64,000 nt of DNA from assembly GCA_051362555.1 (NCBI GenBank), contig CM120646.1, forward strand, positions 9,362,001 to 9,426,000, in the 5' to 3' direction. Made by a program: the position numbers and the translations under genes. The notes under the pieces are model-generated. The model was not told the DNA's origin, did no database searches, and worked only from the letters and a program-made list of their open reading frames with translations. Positions 61,103-64,000 of the stretch are shown here, piece by piece. The stretch comes from Lingula anatina (taxonomy: Eukaryota; Animalia; Brachiopoda). The first letter of the stretch is position 1; each line of letters opens with the position of its first letter.

Positions 61103-64000
61103 TAAGATAGCATTTTCTCTCTTCACGATGTCTTGGTTCACAAGGCTCGGTTACAAATTAATGTCACTCCTAAAATTGTTTCAACAGGCGTTTTTGCTGC
61201 GCACATAGTTACAGTTTTTTTTTTGCTGTAAATTGTGTTGTACATTTTGAAATTCCCATGTGTTGTTGATTCTGAATATTGAAAATAAAGGAACAATAAC
61301 CCAAATAAGACAGTGTATTTTACGTTTTTCCTTGAGGTATCAATTTCAGCTCAAATTATTACATTGAAATGCTCACACTATTATAAATTTTGAGAACATA
61401 ATTGATTGCAGTTTAACCTGGCTTTGCCCTAACCTTTTCGATCACGAAAAACAACAGGGACCGGGTAATCTATCCAAACGCGTTTTTTTTTTCTTTACTT
61501 TTAATTATGAAGCGGCGCGGAGTATTCAATCGGAGATTAAGACGACGACGATAATATCCAGTGACTCGTACGTCAAATTATGGCTGTACCCACGCACCAT
61601 TTTTCCATTATTTATACCCACCATCCCTAATCAACGATCTCACCTGGTTTCTGACGAATATCGACGCTCGCTTACCGTCATTACAATTTTAGAAATATCC
61701 TAATGGCAACTGGATATAACACTTCTACATATTAGTTTGAAGACCTTCATTTGAATAAGCTGTTTTCTTTGGTACCAATGTCTTACTAATGAACCACAAC
61801 TTTAAAACAGGTCGAAAGCGAGCATATAAAAAATGCTCTTGTATTAAGCCATTAAAATTCACCATAGATAAGGGTTTTTCTTAACTGAAGGAACTTGCAG
61901 GCAACATAATTGTACATCACAATAATTTATATGTGTCCACACAATGATCAAAGACTACAGCATGGTTATATAATGTTTTCATGAAATCTGACCGGCTATC
62001 ATAACCAATAAATGTTACAATTTTTTTGGTTGAACTTTGCTTGGTTTGGTGCATGCAAGCTCGTTCTGTCACATGTATAATGTTACCGATACGGACTGTC
62101 ACCAGCACCTATTACTGGCGACGGATGTTTCTTCTGTGTTTTTTTTTCGAATTTATATCAGAATATTTTATTTATCGCAATAAAGGAAATGTCTGGCATA
62201 TATTTATATAGCAAATACTCTTATATGACATTATCCATACAACTTATTCGATCCAGACTTAGTTCACGTGTATCTTGATGGAATGATTTAAGCAAGCAGT
62301 TTTTTAAGAACTTTATTTTAAATTGCAATTTTCAAAGAACTTTATTTTAAATTAATAGTTTTATATTCCCGTTCTTCTGCTGAAACGAGCAGATTTCTTA
62401 TTGTTTCATGAATAAAATAATAAATAAAAATCCCTTCTTCATGCAATGTTCTTCGTTTGATAATTATCCTTGTTGAACAGTGAACGAAAATAAAGGCAGT
62501 CTCAAGAAATATGTTGATGGAGAGATAGGAAGATGGCGATCTTATCGGAGCTCTCAATTTACCTGTACGTTGCAGTAATTAAACTGTTAGCTTACGTGGC
62601 AGCTCTGATTCAAAGTGTCACCTGAAAATCTTTTGTCCGACTTAAACTTTCAAGATGTGCCAAGTTTGATTTCAATCACGATCCCTGCGGCAACTGCCGA
62701 TACGAAACCAGTACCTGACAACAGTGAAATTATCATCCCAAGAGGAAATCTAAAGCACGGAGCTGTCTGCAAGCCAGCTGTCCAAAGTTGGTAAGTTAAT
62801 AGTGCAGTTTCAAAATATACGAAACCCTACACCCTGGAATTGATCACAGCATTAAGGAATGTGCTTTTGTGCGACTACATGTAGCCCTATTTCTACAATT
62901 ATTATAATCATTGAATAATAAGACATTTCCCACCATCAATTAACTCAAACATTACAGAAAGAGATTCCGTTAAGATGTATGTTGTTGTTGTGATCTGTAA
63001 GTTTGATGTTCATTACATAGGATTGGACGTTGCTTTTACAGGTAAAAAAAAAAACCCACAATACTCTTAAAATTAGACTGCGCTAAATAGGGTATCGACT
63101 AGTTAGCAAACTAAAATCAAGGATGGAGGGATGTGCTACAGAAACGGCATAATTACGGATTACTATTAGCACCTCTTTACTATCTAGAATTGTTCACCAT
63201 ACTGACTCTTGTCAAAGCCGTCACAGGCTCTAAATATTGTAATACAATAGATGTAGCGTTTAACTCCCCCCTCACCCCCACCGATAATGACTGGCCTGTA
63301 ATTGTGCGCTTAACAAAGGTAGTGTTACAGTGATATTCACACCTTAAGCCTCTGGCGATAGTCAAGCAAGCAGAACAAGATATAAAACCTCCTTCACTAT
63401 AAACTGAGCCACACAACATTGGTCAAATTCCTGCTTAAATCAAGACGGCTATTCCAGCCCACTTTCCCGCCATTTTGCATTAATTTGACACATGTAGTCG
63501 TACGTGTAGCGTAAAATGTCAACGAAGTACTGATTGGCTTAAAAACCGGAAGCTAGAGGAAATGAACCAAGCGTTTACCTTGGCACAAATGGCCTTCGTT
63601 AAATTTGTACGCAGTTGTGTGACGTGAAAGTGCCGTGAAACTTATTACGAGTTTTCGCATTTATGTTACTCCAATTGAACAGTATGATTAGTCGGACGTC
63701 GGTGAAAAAAAGGGAAATTATTTTGGGTTTAAATGTTATTTATTATTTATTTATTTATTTTTTTTTTTTTTGGACATTTTAAAGTCGGCTCACTGACTCA
63801 CTTAGTCAAAGTTATGCCTGGGTTGCATCACAGTTAGCGGGAAACTGGACCTGCAGTATTATAGACCACAACAGTGACGTATCATCAACTCGTTGACAAA
63901 GGTATCATTTACAAGAAATCAGTAAATCAATGTGAATAACTCTTAAACATCCCATTCTAACCAGAGCAAAGGGTCGCGTCGCAGCGTAACACAGGACGAT

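Overview
AT-rich, repeat-dense animal genomic DNA, probably from a lophotrochozoan such as a mollusc (inferred from repeat style only). The left 18 kb carries the 5' part of a minus-strand, intron-rich UDP-glucose:glycoprotein glucosyltransferase (UGGT) gene. Seven exons are readable with vertebrate-like intron positions, but exon 4 has an apparent frameshift and I cannot find exon 6, so this copy may be a pseudogene. Starting at UGGT exon 1 is an ~18 kb nested palindrome (17596-35584) with three layers: (1) outer arms that are an inverted duplicate of the UGGT promoter and exon 1, with ATG changed to ACG in the copy; (2) two opposed arrays of a 119/183-bp CpG- and CCAAT-rich satellite holding 16 tRNA-like Pol III cassettes (A box, B box, oligo-T) that all point inward; (3) a 9.4 kb core of purine-rich then pyrimidine-rich satellite with its own matching termini and no central loop or ORF. 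The rest is nested non-autonomous DNA transposons (Helentron-associated HINE-like, Academ-like, Harbinger-like, Merlin-like, 5-bp-TSD CAG-ended), a decayed LINE ORF1, microsatellites and a few weak promoter or first-exon-like fragments near the right end.
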